A stretch of DNA of 64,000 bases, from contig JAQGDQ010000202.1 in assembly GCA_030141605.1 (NCBI GenBank), positions 27,097 to 91,096 of the forward strand. The letters are read 5' to 3'. Position numbers and translations under genes: made by a program. The DNA is from Tubiluchus corallicola (Eukaryota; Animalia; Priapulida). Numbering within the stretch: position 1 is the stretch's first letter; each line of letters opens with the position of its first letter. The notes under the pieces were generated by a model that was not told the DNA's origin, did not search any database, and worked only from the letters and a program-made list of their open reading frames with translations. Below are positions 22,237-34,207 of this stretch, in pieces.

Positions 22237-23741
22237 CAAACAGTTCTCGCTCATATCTTGCAGGCCTCTCCCGAGGTTTACTTAGCTCTCCTCGAAGAAG
22301 AGGTACAGGTCCGTACCTATCATCAACTGGAAGTGGCATAGGTATACTAGGCCCATATGGATCGCCATGACGATTTATTAGACGAGTCTCATAGTTTGGA
22401 CCTCTTCGATCATCCATTCTTTCAGTTAATGGGTGTGGGTCTCTATATTCATCTGGTAGAAGACTTTTCCGCTCACCTATAGGAAAACCTCTTCGATCAA
22501 ATAACGTAGGGCCTCTTCGATCATCTCCTGATGCATTTCTGCGGTCATCTGGTGCTGGCCCACGCCGAGAACCTCGTGGTGGAACCCGACGATCACGTTC
22601 AGTAACTGGAGGGACCCTTATATCGTCTCGAGGCTGCGTTCGGCGATCATCAGGCGGTAAATGTGTCAAAGAATGTCCCCTGTGGTCATCTCTAGAGGAT
22701 GCATGTCTGTCCTCAGAATGTCTGCTGCGGTTATCTAGGGGCAGTGAACGATAATCCCATTCTGAAACTCCATGATCATCATTCTTATCATACCGACCAT
22801 AGTCACCTCTATGATCAGTCCTTTCATGAGAGTATCCACGTTGACTTTCTGGCCGTTGGTAATCTTTTCTGCCACGATCACTAAACGAATAATCTGGATG
22901 TTCCTGATATTTATCATGATCATTATATCCACCTTTTTCATCCAAGTGCCGATCTCGTTGATCATATCGGCTAGCAGTGCGATTTGCATCCGAAGAAATG
23001 TCACGATGCAAATCTCTTGGATCACGTCGACCAGGTGGATGATGCTCACGTTCTTTATCATCTTTTGCAGGCCTGCTTTTGCCAGGTGAATACCTGTCGT
23101 GTTTTTCTTTTTCATGCATCTTTTCACCTCGCTGAAAATCTGTCCTGGACATTTTTTTCTCATACACTTCCTGAGTATCAATCTTATCATCATTTAATCG
23201 ATGCTTGATTGAAGTTTCCTGACTCAGAGCTTTTTTCTTCTTCAATTTTTCTTTTTTACTACTTGGGGTTAATTCTCTCCTCTTTTCCTTGTTTTTGTCA
23301 TCCGATCGCCTATCTCTAGACTGAGAGCTATGAGATTCTGAAGATGCACTCCTTGCCTTCATGAATTGCTGCCCTTTTCTGTGTTCTATCTTTTCTTCGT
23401 GTGGAGAAGGTTTTAGCTTTTTACGTGATTTTCTTTCCGGAGAAGAGCTGAATGATTTCCGTTTATCTTTCTTCTTTGTTACTAATCTCGATTTTGCATC
23501 CTTATCTTGGCCAGAAGATTTAACATGACTGCCACTTTCCTTGCTGGTGTGCTTTTGCTTTCCGTGTGCTTTTAACTCTGGCCCTCTAACTGGCGTTACT
23601 GATATTCGTTCAAGGAGCTTGTGCTTCTCTTTTGCTTTTTTAGTCTTTTTGCCACTAGGTGGAGTAACTCCCAACTTTTTTCCATGTTTATTCACCTTAA
23701 CACTTTCTTGTGTGGCATATTTGTGTTTGTGGGAACTTGAT
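22237..23741 (-). CDS. ZC3H13: ZC3H13 homologue, coding exon 8 (large K/R/D/S-rich exon)
   Basis: Lies within the 543-aa ORF; TTTTTAG acceptor, GTGAGT donor; low-complexity charged region with DDRR repeats. Confidence 0.85.
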
Positions 23742-23925
23742 CTAAAAAATAAATAAATAAATACTTCAGGTTTTGATCCTAACAGGTAGAGGCTAGTATG
23801 AACCAATAATAGGACCAAAACAGAAAAGATATTTCACGAAAAAACGGGCCGGAAATTTCATAGTTACAAAATACACGATATTCTTTCAAAATCACAATTT
23901 GACACCTATCATAATTGATACTTAC

Positions 23926-24115
23926 TTGCTTTTCTTTTTTGGTTCTGGAGAAGACAGAATCTCACTCTTAGACATCTTTTTATCTTTTGACAAAATCTTT
24001 TTCTCATCTTTGTAAGCCTTCTTCTTTTTGAATGCGTGATCAAAAGAAACTGGTTTTGATTTTTTCTTTGTTTCCATCTGAGTCTTATCTTGTCGGGATT
24101 TGTGATCAGCTTTTT
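23926..24115 (-). CDS. ZC3H13: ZC3H13 homologue, coding exon 7
   Basis: Lys-rich open frame KKADHKSRQD...EPKKKS; GTAAGT donor. Confidence 0.8.
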
Positions 24116-24529
24116 CTAAAATACATTTAATAACAGCGACTTAAACTGAGTCAAATAGAAAGCATTTTTAACAAATCAGTTTATACAATACTAGAATACA
24201 AACTTTTTTACAAATGTTCTCATTAATCAATGAATGTTCTTATTAAATTATAAATGTTTTTTCTGACACTATAGTGGTAGACTTATTTACACTATTCGTA
24301 TGATTGCCTAAAAATTTAGCAGAAAATAATTTGAATTAAATAACTTGCAAAACAACTGCTGCTATGTAATGAGCTATTCGCAATGTAAAGAGGAACAAGC
24401 TAGGGACAGCTAAAAAGGCTGTATTATTAAATAAGCATTTCTTTACTTGTTATGAGCACAACAATACCACAGCTTAACAATAACATTTTAAGTCTTGTTG
24501 TGAGATAGATAAAGACATAATAAACTTAC

Positions 24530-24704
24530 TTTTTGGCAATTCACGTTGCTTCTTAGCTATTTTCTTTTTCCGTTTGACCGGAGGACTATCACTATCACTA
24601 TCACTACTGCTACTGCTCGAGGTGCTAGAAGAACCTGAAGATGATGACGAAGTGGAAGAAGAATAAGAGCTCGATGACTCGCTCGTCATTGATGATTCTT
24701 TTAC
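24530..24704 (-). CDS. ZC3H13: ZC3H13 homologue, coding exon 6
   Basis: Ser-rich exon VKESSMTSESSSS...RELPK; TTTCAG/GTAAGT borders. Confidence 0.8.
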
Positions 24705-24903
24705 CTGAAAAAAACCAAATGTTGTAACAATATATTACAAAATTATATATTTTGCAAACAAACACAATTCAAAACAACAACTGGCAAATGGTGCACGGCA
24801 CTAATTTAAATAAGCACAGAAATTTAATTCAGCCACAGAATAATTGCTAACATAACTGCTATTTAACACTATGGGCAAAAATATAATGAAGTTTCTATAG
24901 TAC

Positions 24904-25061
24904 CTTCTTGGGTGGAATAACAGGTGGATTTTCAACATCGGTGTCATTTTCTCTAGCCAATTCCAACGCAAGTTCCTGTTGAAGCTTCTGACGTTGCTGT
25001 TCTAGTAATAATACCTCCTGGAAATCCATCATCTTCTCTTTTTCTTTTTTCTTTTTCCATT
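24904..25061 (-). CDS. ZC3H13: ZC3H13 homologue, coding exon 5
   Basis: Coiled-coil-like MDFQEVLLLEQQRQKLQQEL; phase-consistent. Confidence 0.8.
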
Positions 25062-26945
25062 CTATAGCCAAAAGCAAAATTATCTAATACTAACCTGAAA
25101 GTAATGACATACATAAAGCTAAACACTGTCTAAGAAATATCCGCTGGTGTTTCACTTAAACACAAATTTTATATGGAAGTATACAGTAAACCAGTATGGA
25201 AAATACAGTGGCTAAAACTGTTAGGACAAAAAAACTTAACATCTTAACATAGATTTTATTAAGAAAACATTGAGTTCTACTGCTTCTCCCAATATTTCTA
25301 AACATGTTTACTCTGCAGTTGTTAGCATGAATCTGAAGTTAAACTATAAGTCTAATATCCAGCACAAAACTACCAAACATATACTTCAAGATATTACAAA
25401 TATCCATTTTGTACAGATATGTATAGACATGCTTTCTTTGCCACATCATTTGAAAATTACGGATTTCGTCTTTTAATAAATGTGATCTAAATCTTATTAG
25501 ATTTATTAGTTTTAGACATGAAAGTAAGAATTCAATTACTAAAACAGCAACTGGTCGTGCAATCCTGGAACATATCTATTACATTACTCCAACCTTTCAC
25601 AAATTTTACAGTTAAGTCTTTGCTTGACAACATTTCGTATTAACGACACTAATCCTTTCATGCTTTTTTATTTAAAGATGCATGTTTCATTTTAACGATG
25701 ATTTTTAGCCTTACTTTTAAGCACTGAATCTCGTTTACTGCACTTGCACTCTATAAATGAAGCACACTACTTAACCAAAATCATCATATAGTTACTACGT
25801 TTCTAATAATTTGCCTAACTAAACAGACAGCAGGCAAATCAAATCAACTAAAAAAATATTTATTTTTTGTCTCAGTCAAAAAATGTATAAGATTAATATA
25901 ACTTAATTAACCGAACAAATGGGAAGGGGTGGTGAAAAACATCCAGTGCTGGATCAAAGCACAGGGCTTTATGGGCTGCAGCCTAGGAGCTTCCCACCAG
26001 CTGAGTGGCTTCCAGAGATTAACTGAAATTAATTTATTGTGCAAAGAATATAAATACGCAGCAAATGCGATGCATTCATACAGGGAAGCGCTGGCTGCAA
26101 AAAGGAAAAATTTAATCAACCAGATATAGATTTTTTTATGCAAAAACAAAAGGAGAAAAAGAATAAAGAAAATGGCTGTAAGAGAGCAACCAGGGAGGAA
26201 GGATTTTAGTTTCCATACTTTAGTTACTAATTAGCAATAAATCTTAGTGTTTATTTATGAGCCAAGCATTACTGATTTTTGCCTGCAACATAACTGAATA
26301 CTTTTACATAGCCACGCTTTATTATTAACTTCTGTCTTGTTGAAGCAACCGAATGCTTTTATACAGCCAAGCGCTATTGATTTTTGCTTCCGCAATGCAA
26401 CTGAAGGTTTTCACATTATTTCTTATTGAAATTGTTTCATTTTGTGAGGTTTTGTTGAATGGCATGTTTTGCTGGTATTCATTAGCATCATTAAGCAAGG
26501 ACTTAAATGTATTTCAACAGAATGATACCTAAACTTAGTTACTGTTCTCTACTGCATGCTGTATAGTTTAAACGAATATGTTTTTTCCGCTAACTATAGA
26601 TTTATTCGATTCACTATTGATAAATTCAATAATTGTTTGTACTCGGACATTGACTTGCAATTTTTGCTAATTTGTAATATTGATATCATCGTAATCACGT
26701 GCCTGTTTAAGTCAATTGTACACATCGAGAAGGAAGAATTCTAAAATAAAAGAAATCTGCCCTCAGAACACGTAAATGCAGCAATAATTCAGCAAAAAAG
26801 TAGACACTGCTATGCCACTGGCTTGTCAGCACCTCTTCCATTATAATAAACAAATAAATATATCACAAAAACTGCATGTTAAATATCCACAAGTAATGAT
26901 AACAAGAACTTTTCTCCACTAAGAACTATCTGACACCACAGTTAC

Positions 26946-27057
26946 CTTTGTATCCTATGAAAGAAGAAGAGTCATCACTGCTGACATTTTCCATATCTTG
27001 ATTAGCAGGAATGGTCCGTGGACGCATTAAATTAACTTCAGAAATCTTTGATTTATG
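26946..27057 (-). CDS. ZC3H13: ZC3H13 homologue, coding exon 4
   Basis: Open frame HKSKISEV...FIGYK; phase 0 in, phase 1 out, fitting its neighbours. Confidence 0.65.
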
Positions 27058-27721
27058 CTATTAAACAATATGCAAACCCATTAGAGTATTCGACAAAAAA
27101 ACAAAGTGAGCAATATGAGTAATATTGAGCACAAACTGAATACAATGACGGCAACTATTTAAACTGATAATTTAAACTGGCCATTTTCTTTATTAAAATA
27201 TACTATAAATTACTAGTTTCTAATGACATTATACAACAATGAACCAATAAGAATTTTTTGTAAACACACATACACAGACTTTCTACGACATGCACAGGAT
27301 ACTAAATAGTTCGCAAATAAAAGTGTTGAATTCAAACTGAAAACCAACTTAAAAGGCTTACGCTTGAATCACATGAGTGTTAAATGTTATGGCTATATAC
27401 AGAACAAATATATATGAAAGGAGCAGTTAAATATTACTAACAATCAACAAACATGGAAAAATTCTGCAGGATACATTCATGTCTGAAGCTGACAGTCTCC
27501 AAAAAATGAGTGTCTTAAATTTACTTGCTTTGTTTTTCAGTTTAATAAATTTTCTTATAATTCTGCCTTCACAGCAACATTACATTAATAGCATAGCAAG
27601 TTTTGCAAAGATCAAACTCAATGTTTAGCTCACGCAATGTTTTCAACTGTAAACTTATAATTATGATAATTACCTTTACATAAAAGGAAAACTATTATTA
27701 ATAAGTACATTGATGCCATAC

Positions 27722-27785
27722 CTTTTTTACATTTCCTTTGTCTTTCCAGTATTCGCCTTTGTTATCAGAAGATTCCTCCTCTTCC
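27722..27785 (-). CDS. ZC3H13: ZC3H13 homologue, coding exon 3
   Basis: REEEESSDNKGEYWKDKGNVKK; phase 2 in, phase 0 out. Confidence 0.65.
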
Positions 27786-28102
27786 CTTTAGAAACAGAAA
27801 GCATTTTAGCATTTTCCTGTAGCTCATACCTTATTTGAGGTAAGTAAAAAATTTGACTTTTTTATTTAAAATTTTAAATCATCAGCAGAGCAACAAATGA
27901 TACCAACATTACCATCACAATTATTGCAAGTATGCTAAATAAATAGTAATCGCAGTGTTGAAAATGCCTGCACAATTTACCCCCATTTCCTATTTTTGCA
28001 CAACCTTTAATAACAAACTTCTTTTTACTACTATACAATAACAAAAAAACTTAAGTAAATACAAATTGTTACTGTAAGCAAAGTAACTATATGTTGTTAT
28101 AC

Positions 28103-28215
28103 CTAGATTTGCCTGTTACGTGTTGGTATTTACAAGAGGCCCCAAACTTACATATCCCAGTTTTTGCAAATGTTCTGCATATTTCTGGCCATTCAGAACC
28201 AGATGAACCAAAAAC
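28103..28215 (-). CDS. ZC3H13: ZC3H13 homologue, coding exon 2 (CCCH zinc finger)
   Basis: CRTFAKTGICKFGASCKYQH is a C-x8-C-x5-C-x3-H finger. Confidence 0.9.
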
Positions 28216-28638
28216 CTAAAGAACACAAAAAGTAAACCTGATTAGCACAAAGTAATAAGCAGCTAAACAATGACTACAGCAAATACCCACATCTGCAACA
28301 AGTATATTAATATCAAGGTCATCATCATGCACATTACTTAATGTAAATACTTTACAGCATGTACCATGTACATAACAGTTAATATCCCTATTTTAATATT
28401 ACATACAACTAACACTAAAACTCAACAATCTTACTGGAAAGGCAAAATATTACTATATGAAGCCCATAATCAGCAAAGCCTCAAGCGTTCCACTATGCAA
28501 ACATGTAGCGCATACCATGTGCTGACTGTAGCCTGTATGACTTGTGTAACACCCTTAACTATTTTCAATTTGCCATATTTGGGGGTAACAATAAGTTCCG
28601 GTTGTCAAACAAACTCCAAAAAAGCAAAAATACATGTA

Positions 28639-28828
28639 CAGTCAAACCTCTTTTTACTGCCTGCTTTGGGACTGCAAAAAGGTTGACATTAAACAACTTT
28701 GATGTTATAAAGAGGTGCTTTAATACATATATGTCTACGCAAATATAGACATTTTGTTTTGCCAAAAAATTTGGGTTTCAAGCGAAGCTGGCATTATGGG
28801 GGGGTGGCACTATAACGAGTTTTGACTG
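28639..28828. mobile_element. Degenerate Tc1/pogo-type MITE
   Basis: TA|CAGTCAAACCTC ... GAGTTTTGACTG inverted termini. Confidence 0.5.
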
Positions 28829-29663
28829 AAGTCTTAAAATTACTCCAAATTTCATGCGTTATACCATCACGTTATCTTGCAAGTGTTAAATATGCATTAT
28901 CGGTGTTGAAGAAAATTTCCAAATGAATAAAAACATTTAAAAGATGATATCAAAGAAGACAAAGATGATATCAACAAGATGACATTAAACTGTTGACTTC
29001 ATCAAAGAATAATATTTGTAACTTAGCTAAAAATAAATTTTAAAGCCAAAGTTTTACAGACAGTGACTTTTTTGCGACAATTCAAAATTTTCTAAGTGTG
29101 ACAGTCACCAAAATATTCCCGCGAAGGGTTCGCATAACCTTCGTTACATTTTTACGAATTTTGGGCTTCTTTCTCGAGCAAAAATTGTGAGAATGTTGCA
29201 CAAAATCGCATGACATGTTTGCACATATTTGGTATCACTCTCGACACCAGTGATACTTATGCAACAAAGCGAATGTTACATGACATTTGCGAGAGTACAT
29301 TGCAACCATTTGACGACAATTTTCACGAGACAGAAATGCGGGATAACCGAGGCTCGCCAAAATGGTCGCAACATTCTCAAAAGCATCGCGGAATCTGAAA
29401 TTGTTGTGAACGTTTGGTGCTACAACAGCTTGGAGAAGCTTTGGCGAGGTTGTGAGTTTTGTGACTGTGACGGCAAACTTTAAACTTTTTAAAAAAATTT
29501 CCAGAGCCGGTGATCTTGGGCGACAATGGCGAACACTTATGAATATTTTGACTCTTTGACGAACTTTTGGCGCATGTTTGGACTTAGAAATTTTCGGATA
29601 GTTGAGGACGCCATAAAAGTCTTGGCTTAAATAATAACAAAACAAATAATAATGAAAAAATAC

Positions 29664-29762
29664 CTCTTTATTTTGCTGAGTTTTTGCACTTGTGCCAAGT
29701 CGCTCAAATACACTTGTACGCTTGCCTTCCTTCTTTGAAGATGTACGCTTACTGGAGGACAT
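29664..29762 (-). CDS. ZC3H13: ZC3H13 homologue, coding exon 1
   Basis: MSSSKRTS...RTSVFERLG; the SVFERLG motif precedes the CCCH finger in ZC3H13; splice acceptor just upstream (29772-29773). Confidence 0.85.
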
Positions 29763-31312
29763 ACTGACTGACTGAAGGTACCAATTTAATCTTAAGCTGG
29801 CATCAGTGATAATTCCTGTCCAAGCAGTTGTATTCAAACAAAAAATTAATTGTGATTTCCTTATTAAGATTTTTCGGCATTTAAAATTCTAAAGTACATC
29901 TCTATTATATTGCACTACATAATCAATCTACACTCTAGGACTTGTAATAACATCTAACTCAATACCATACTTACATTATATGCATGCATGTACGTACTGA
30001 GACTGTAAATCTACCAAATACTATTTTAAATTCAGTGTAATCTGATTAATCAATAAACACAAGATTTTATTTTCTTGATTGAAAACAAATTCAGGTACTG
30101 CGTCCAGCTAAATAACAAAGTGTCACGGTGTTATGATATTCTGAAAAATCTTTATTTATTGAAAAAGGATAAGACGAAAAAGTTCATACAAATTGAGAAA
30201 ACAGTAATTATCTCAAACTGTTGTGAAAGGGAACAGTTTTAACACTCTCACTTTGCCCATATATAAAATCCTCAAGGTGTAAAAAATTAATACCACCACT
30301 GTACGGCAGCACAACACCTCTTCTGGGTTGACTTTTATCAAGCTCTATTCATAAATTATTTAATTTTCTAATGTGCAGACTGTGACTAATAATACCGAGC
30401 CATATTTGTAAATTTCATGTAAGAATGTACTATTTAATTTTCTTCAAGCTTTAATTGACATCAAAAATAAAGGTCATCTCATTACGCAATTATAATACAT
30501 ATTTGTCGATATAAATTTTTACAAAGTGTATTGTTAAGTGAATTTTTTATTTCATACAAAAATCCTTAGATTAAAAAAGTTAAATTAAATTCAGTAGAAA
30601 ATGCATACTTCTGGATACCAATGTATATTAATAAATTTAATACAGGATTTTATTTAGTACAAAATGCTGTACGAAATTTATCACACTCAATTACCTTCTC
30701 CTTTAGAGATCAATAACCACAAGTCTGTATTATATTAGAACAGTGAAACTAATTGATAAAACATTGTTTAATGCAAAACTGACCACTGAAAATCAATAAG
30801 TCAAACACAGTTACATGTGTTAATTCGTAACCACTTTACGGAAAGTTGAAATGGTGGATGGCAAAATGCATTTTGGTACTCTCCTCAGGTAAGCAGGTGC
30901 ATTTGCGAAAACAAGGAATCTCATGTTAACACAAAGTCACTACCAATGCAGCATGGCTTGAACACATTTACACACTACAAGAAACCAGCAGACTGCAATG
31001 AAGCTTCGATGAAACACAGCAACACTCCTTTACTCATCAGCCGCTAACCAAAAAGATCGCACACGATAATAGGAAACGTCATAAATCAATGGTGTCAAAT
31101 TAAGAAATATCACAATTAATATGGGGAATTTAAGTTGCTAATAAAGACCTTGTTATAAACCAACAGAACATACAACAAAGCATTTTGCAATAATTCAATA
31201 AACTCTAAAACAACTGTAAGTCAACAATGTGAGGAACTTCTTACAATGATTCTTATTCAGAAAGACAGATGATGTGGTATCTAGACAATATACAGAATAT
31301 CAGAATATAGAT

Positions 31313-32683
31313 TTACTTTGCATCTTTTGCCTTTTGTTTTCTTTTCTTTTTCGTCTGTTTCTGCTCTTCATCGGGATCTTTTCCTTCCAAGATCAATTTC
31401 TTACGCTTGTTAATATTCTTGTTTTCACCCATATCCATCTCATCCATGTGAATTTCTGCTTCTCTGCGGGCCACATTGACTTCAGTAAGAATCTGCAACA
31501 CCACACTTTCGTTTGTTTTATGCTCTACGAGTTTTGTCTTGATCAAATTCTCAATTGCATGGACACGTTTCACATCATATTGAGTTACCAAAGTAAGTGC
31601 GAATCCACCGCGTCCTGCCCGAGCAGTTCGACCTACACGATGAATATAATTTTTTGGCACAGACGGAACATTGTGATTTATAACTAAATCCACTTCAGGT
31701 ATATCTAAGCCTCTGCTAGCCACATCTGTAGCTACTAATATGTGCACCTGGTTAGATTTAAACTTAGTGAGAGCAGCTAGTCTTTCTCGCTGTCTTATCA
31801 AAGAATGCAAAGCAGCACTAGGAAAACCTAGCTCACTCAGAGCCATAGACAAAGACTGGGCTTCTCTACAAGTTTGCACAAAAATCATGCACGATTTGTT
31901 AGGGTTTTCAGTTTGAAACTCTTGAATAATGTGAACTAAATAGCCATCTTTCACATGCTGAGGCACAAGCACGTATCTTTGATTTAACTCATCAACTGTA
32001 GCAACATCTACATTTGCTGTCCAGAAAAATGGTTTACGAAGAGCAATTTGTTGCAGTTTTTCTAATCTATCTGTTATTGTTGCACTGAAAAGCAAAGTCT
32101 GGCGCTGTTTTGGAAGAACTGAAAAAACGGTTTGTAACTGTTCTGCAAAGTTTTCACTATCAAGTAACCGGTCTGCTTCATCTAATACCAAAAATTTTAT
32201 CTTACCAAAGTTCTTGCCATTTCCACTAAGAACATGATCTGCTAACCGTCCCGGTGTTGCCACGACAACATGAGGTTTTTTAGATAACTCACCTCCTTGT
32301 TTCACCATATCCATTCCTCCTATTACTACAGCAACTTTTAGACCAATCGGTTTTCCTAGTACATCAAACTGATCAGAAATTTGAAAAGCCAACTCTCTAG
32401 TTGGAGTTAAAATTAATGCAAACACTCCATAGGGATCTTCACATAACCTCTGAAGAATTGGCAATGCAAACGCAGCAGTCTTTCCTGTGCCAGTCTTTGA
32501 ACAACCAATGCAATCAATACCTTTTAGTATTTGAGGTATGCAATTACATTGAACTGGCGTTGGCTTTGTTATCCCTATAGCAGAGCACTGTCTAACCAAC
32601 CAATCATTAAGATTTAATTGCAAGAAAGTACAATTAACAGATTCCTCCGTAGAAGGGCCACTTTCCCGTGCTGATGAAGACAT
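31313..32683 (-). CDS. DDX49: DEAD-box RNA helicase DDX49/DBP8, intronless CDS
   Basis: Q motif, KTGTGKT, PTRELA, TPGR, DEAD, SAT and HRVGRTAR; family-typical segments LCEDPYGVFALILTPTRELAFQI and EVNVARREAEI...NKRKKLILEGKDPD. Confidence 0.92.
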   Translation of the reverse strand: MSSSARESGPSTEESVNCTFLQLNLNDWLVRQCSAIGITKPTPVQCNCIPQILKGIDCIGCSKTGTGKTAAFALPILQRLCEDPYGVFALILTPTRELAFQISDQFDVLGKPIGLKVAVVIGGMDMVKQGGELSKKPHVVVATPGRLADHVLSGNGKNFGKIKFLVLDEADRLLDSENFAEQLQTVFSVLPKQRQTLLFSATITDRLEKLQQIALRKPFFWTANVDVATVDELNQRYVLVPQHVKDGYLVHIIQEFQTENPNKSCMIFVQTCREAQSLSMALSELGFPSAALHSLIRQRERLAALTKFKSNQVHILVATDVASRGLDIPEVDLVINHNVPSVPKNYIHRVGRTARAGRGGFALTLVTQYDVKRVHAIENLIKTKLVEHKTNESVVLQILTEVNVARREAEIHMDEMDMGENKNINKRKKLILEGKDPDEEQKQTKKKRKQKAKDAK

Positions 32684-34106
32684 CTTTTTTCAAACTTGCT
32701 GAAACAAGCACCCAATAAAAACTTTATGTATAGTAAATATCAGTTGATAAACATGCATTTTTATAGAACATGGGTTGGAGGTGCTGCATATTTGACAGGT
32801 TTTTAGTTTTACTCAAGTACATTTTACATTTTGTATGCTTCATTTCAAGTCTTCACATGTAGCATTCAAGAAGCGTAAAAAAAATCTTATATTCAAATGC
32901 AATTTGTGCATACAGAACTTCATAATTTTTATTGAAAAATTTTGGAAAGAGGCAGTTTGCACAAAAATACTGTCTTCTAGCAAAATTTTGACACTGTCTG
33001 TCTTATGTAAAATATTACAAATACTTTGGCCTAACAGAAATGAGCAATGACAATATATTCCAATACAGCAGACAGTGTTGACTCCTAAAAAGGAAACATA
33101 CTAACTGGCAATCACTGCTCAAGTGTGCTGAACACACATTTGCGATACTACAATTATAGTACTGTGTAGTGTCAAAGCCTGTTGATATAAAGTAGAATGT
33201 AGTACCAATGAGACAGATTTTGAAACTGTAAATCAAAATAATTGCTGCAAGGATGATGAAGGGTCAATAAAAAATGAACAGTTATTAACACAAAAGTGCT
33301 TAACAGAATATCAAAGTACAATAAATAACCTAAACAGATTGAATAAAAACCTCCAAAAATTACAAAAAATATTTATTTTGCAATGTATTTAACAAAATAG
33401 TTAAAAATAATGACCACCAGTTAAACTGTTAGTCATGGTATCAGCACACTTAAACACTGTAAAAGTTACCCAAACACAAAGATCATAATAAAGGTCACCA
33501 TGATACTAGATTTGAAATATAAAAAGCACTACATGATTAGAGCTGCCAGAAGCTAAAGCAACAAAATAACTGAGAATCTACAACAGTCCACCCATGGATT
33601 GGTAAGAACTCACCACTGTAAGCTCCCCACCAAAGCAGACACCTAGCAATGAAAGCATTTCCAACATTTCAGAATGAAAACCGAATCTGCAGTCACACAT
33701 GTCTGCGTGGTCTTCTTGCATGAATTATATTAAATATGTATTTGACACAGAGGTGCTTTCAAATATGGACATCAAATTGTGATATACATAACTTTGCACA
33801 CAGTTAAAGTGATGGTAACACTTAGAGGCACTATAGTTGCTCATCAGCATAGGTTTTATAATAGGTCTTTACGAATTTCTCTTTTACTATTGCACTCATT
33901 TCGTTTTTTTACCAAGTTGCTGAACCCAACACAAATTGCTGCACGACAATTACTATATTATTATCCAGTAAGTGCAACTGAAAACAATTATCACACGAAC
34001 GGTAGTCTTACTGCAAGAATTTACCAAGCCATGTAAAACTAATTTAAAGCACAAGAAATCCTCAACTTACATAAAGCTTAAAAAATTCGCCTTGAAATTT
34101 TATACC

Positions 34107-34207
34107 ACTTACATACTGCCTTTTTGCATATTGGACTTGCATCAGCAATAACGCCGAATAAAACATGTAAATTTAAACTCCCGTGATCACCGAAAGACGC
34201 AGCCATT
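34107..34207 (-). promoter_or_regulatory. Candidate first exon / start region for DDX49 (possibly also ZC3H13)
   Basis: YY1-like AATGGCTGC (34199-34207) in a locally CpG-containing patch, followed by GTAAGT donors at 34107-34112 and 34065-34070. Confidence 0.4.

Noticed and set aside
22735-23193. 152-aa Met/Ile-rich alternative-frame ORF inside ZC3H13 exon 8
   Set aside because: Expected shadow frame of GAT/GAA-rich codons; no independent support.
29235-29837. 200-aa ORF as a standalone gene
   Set aside because: Only 29664-29762 is ZC3H13 exon; the rest reads through the donor into intronic, repeat-like sequence.
31025-31085. SECIS- or hammerhead-like motifs (ATGA...TGAT; CTGATGAG) on the minus strand
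   Set aside because: Stems do not pair properly, the apical AA and GAAA elements are missing, and DDX49 has no in-frame UGA.
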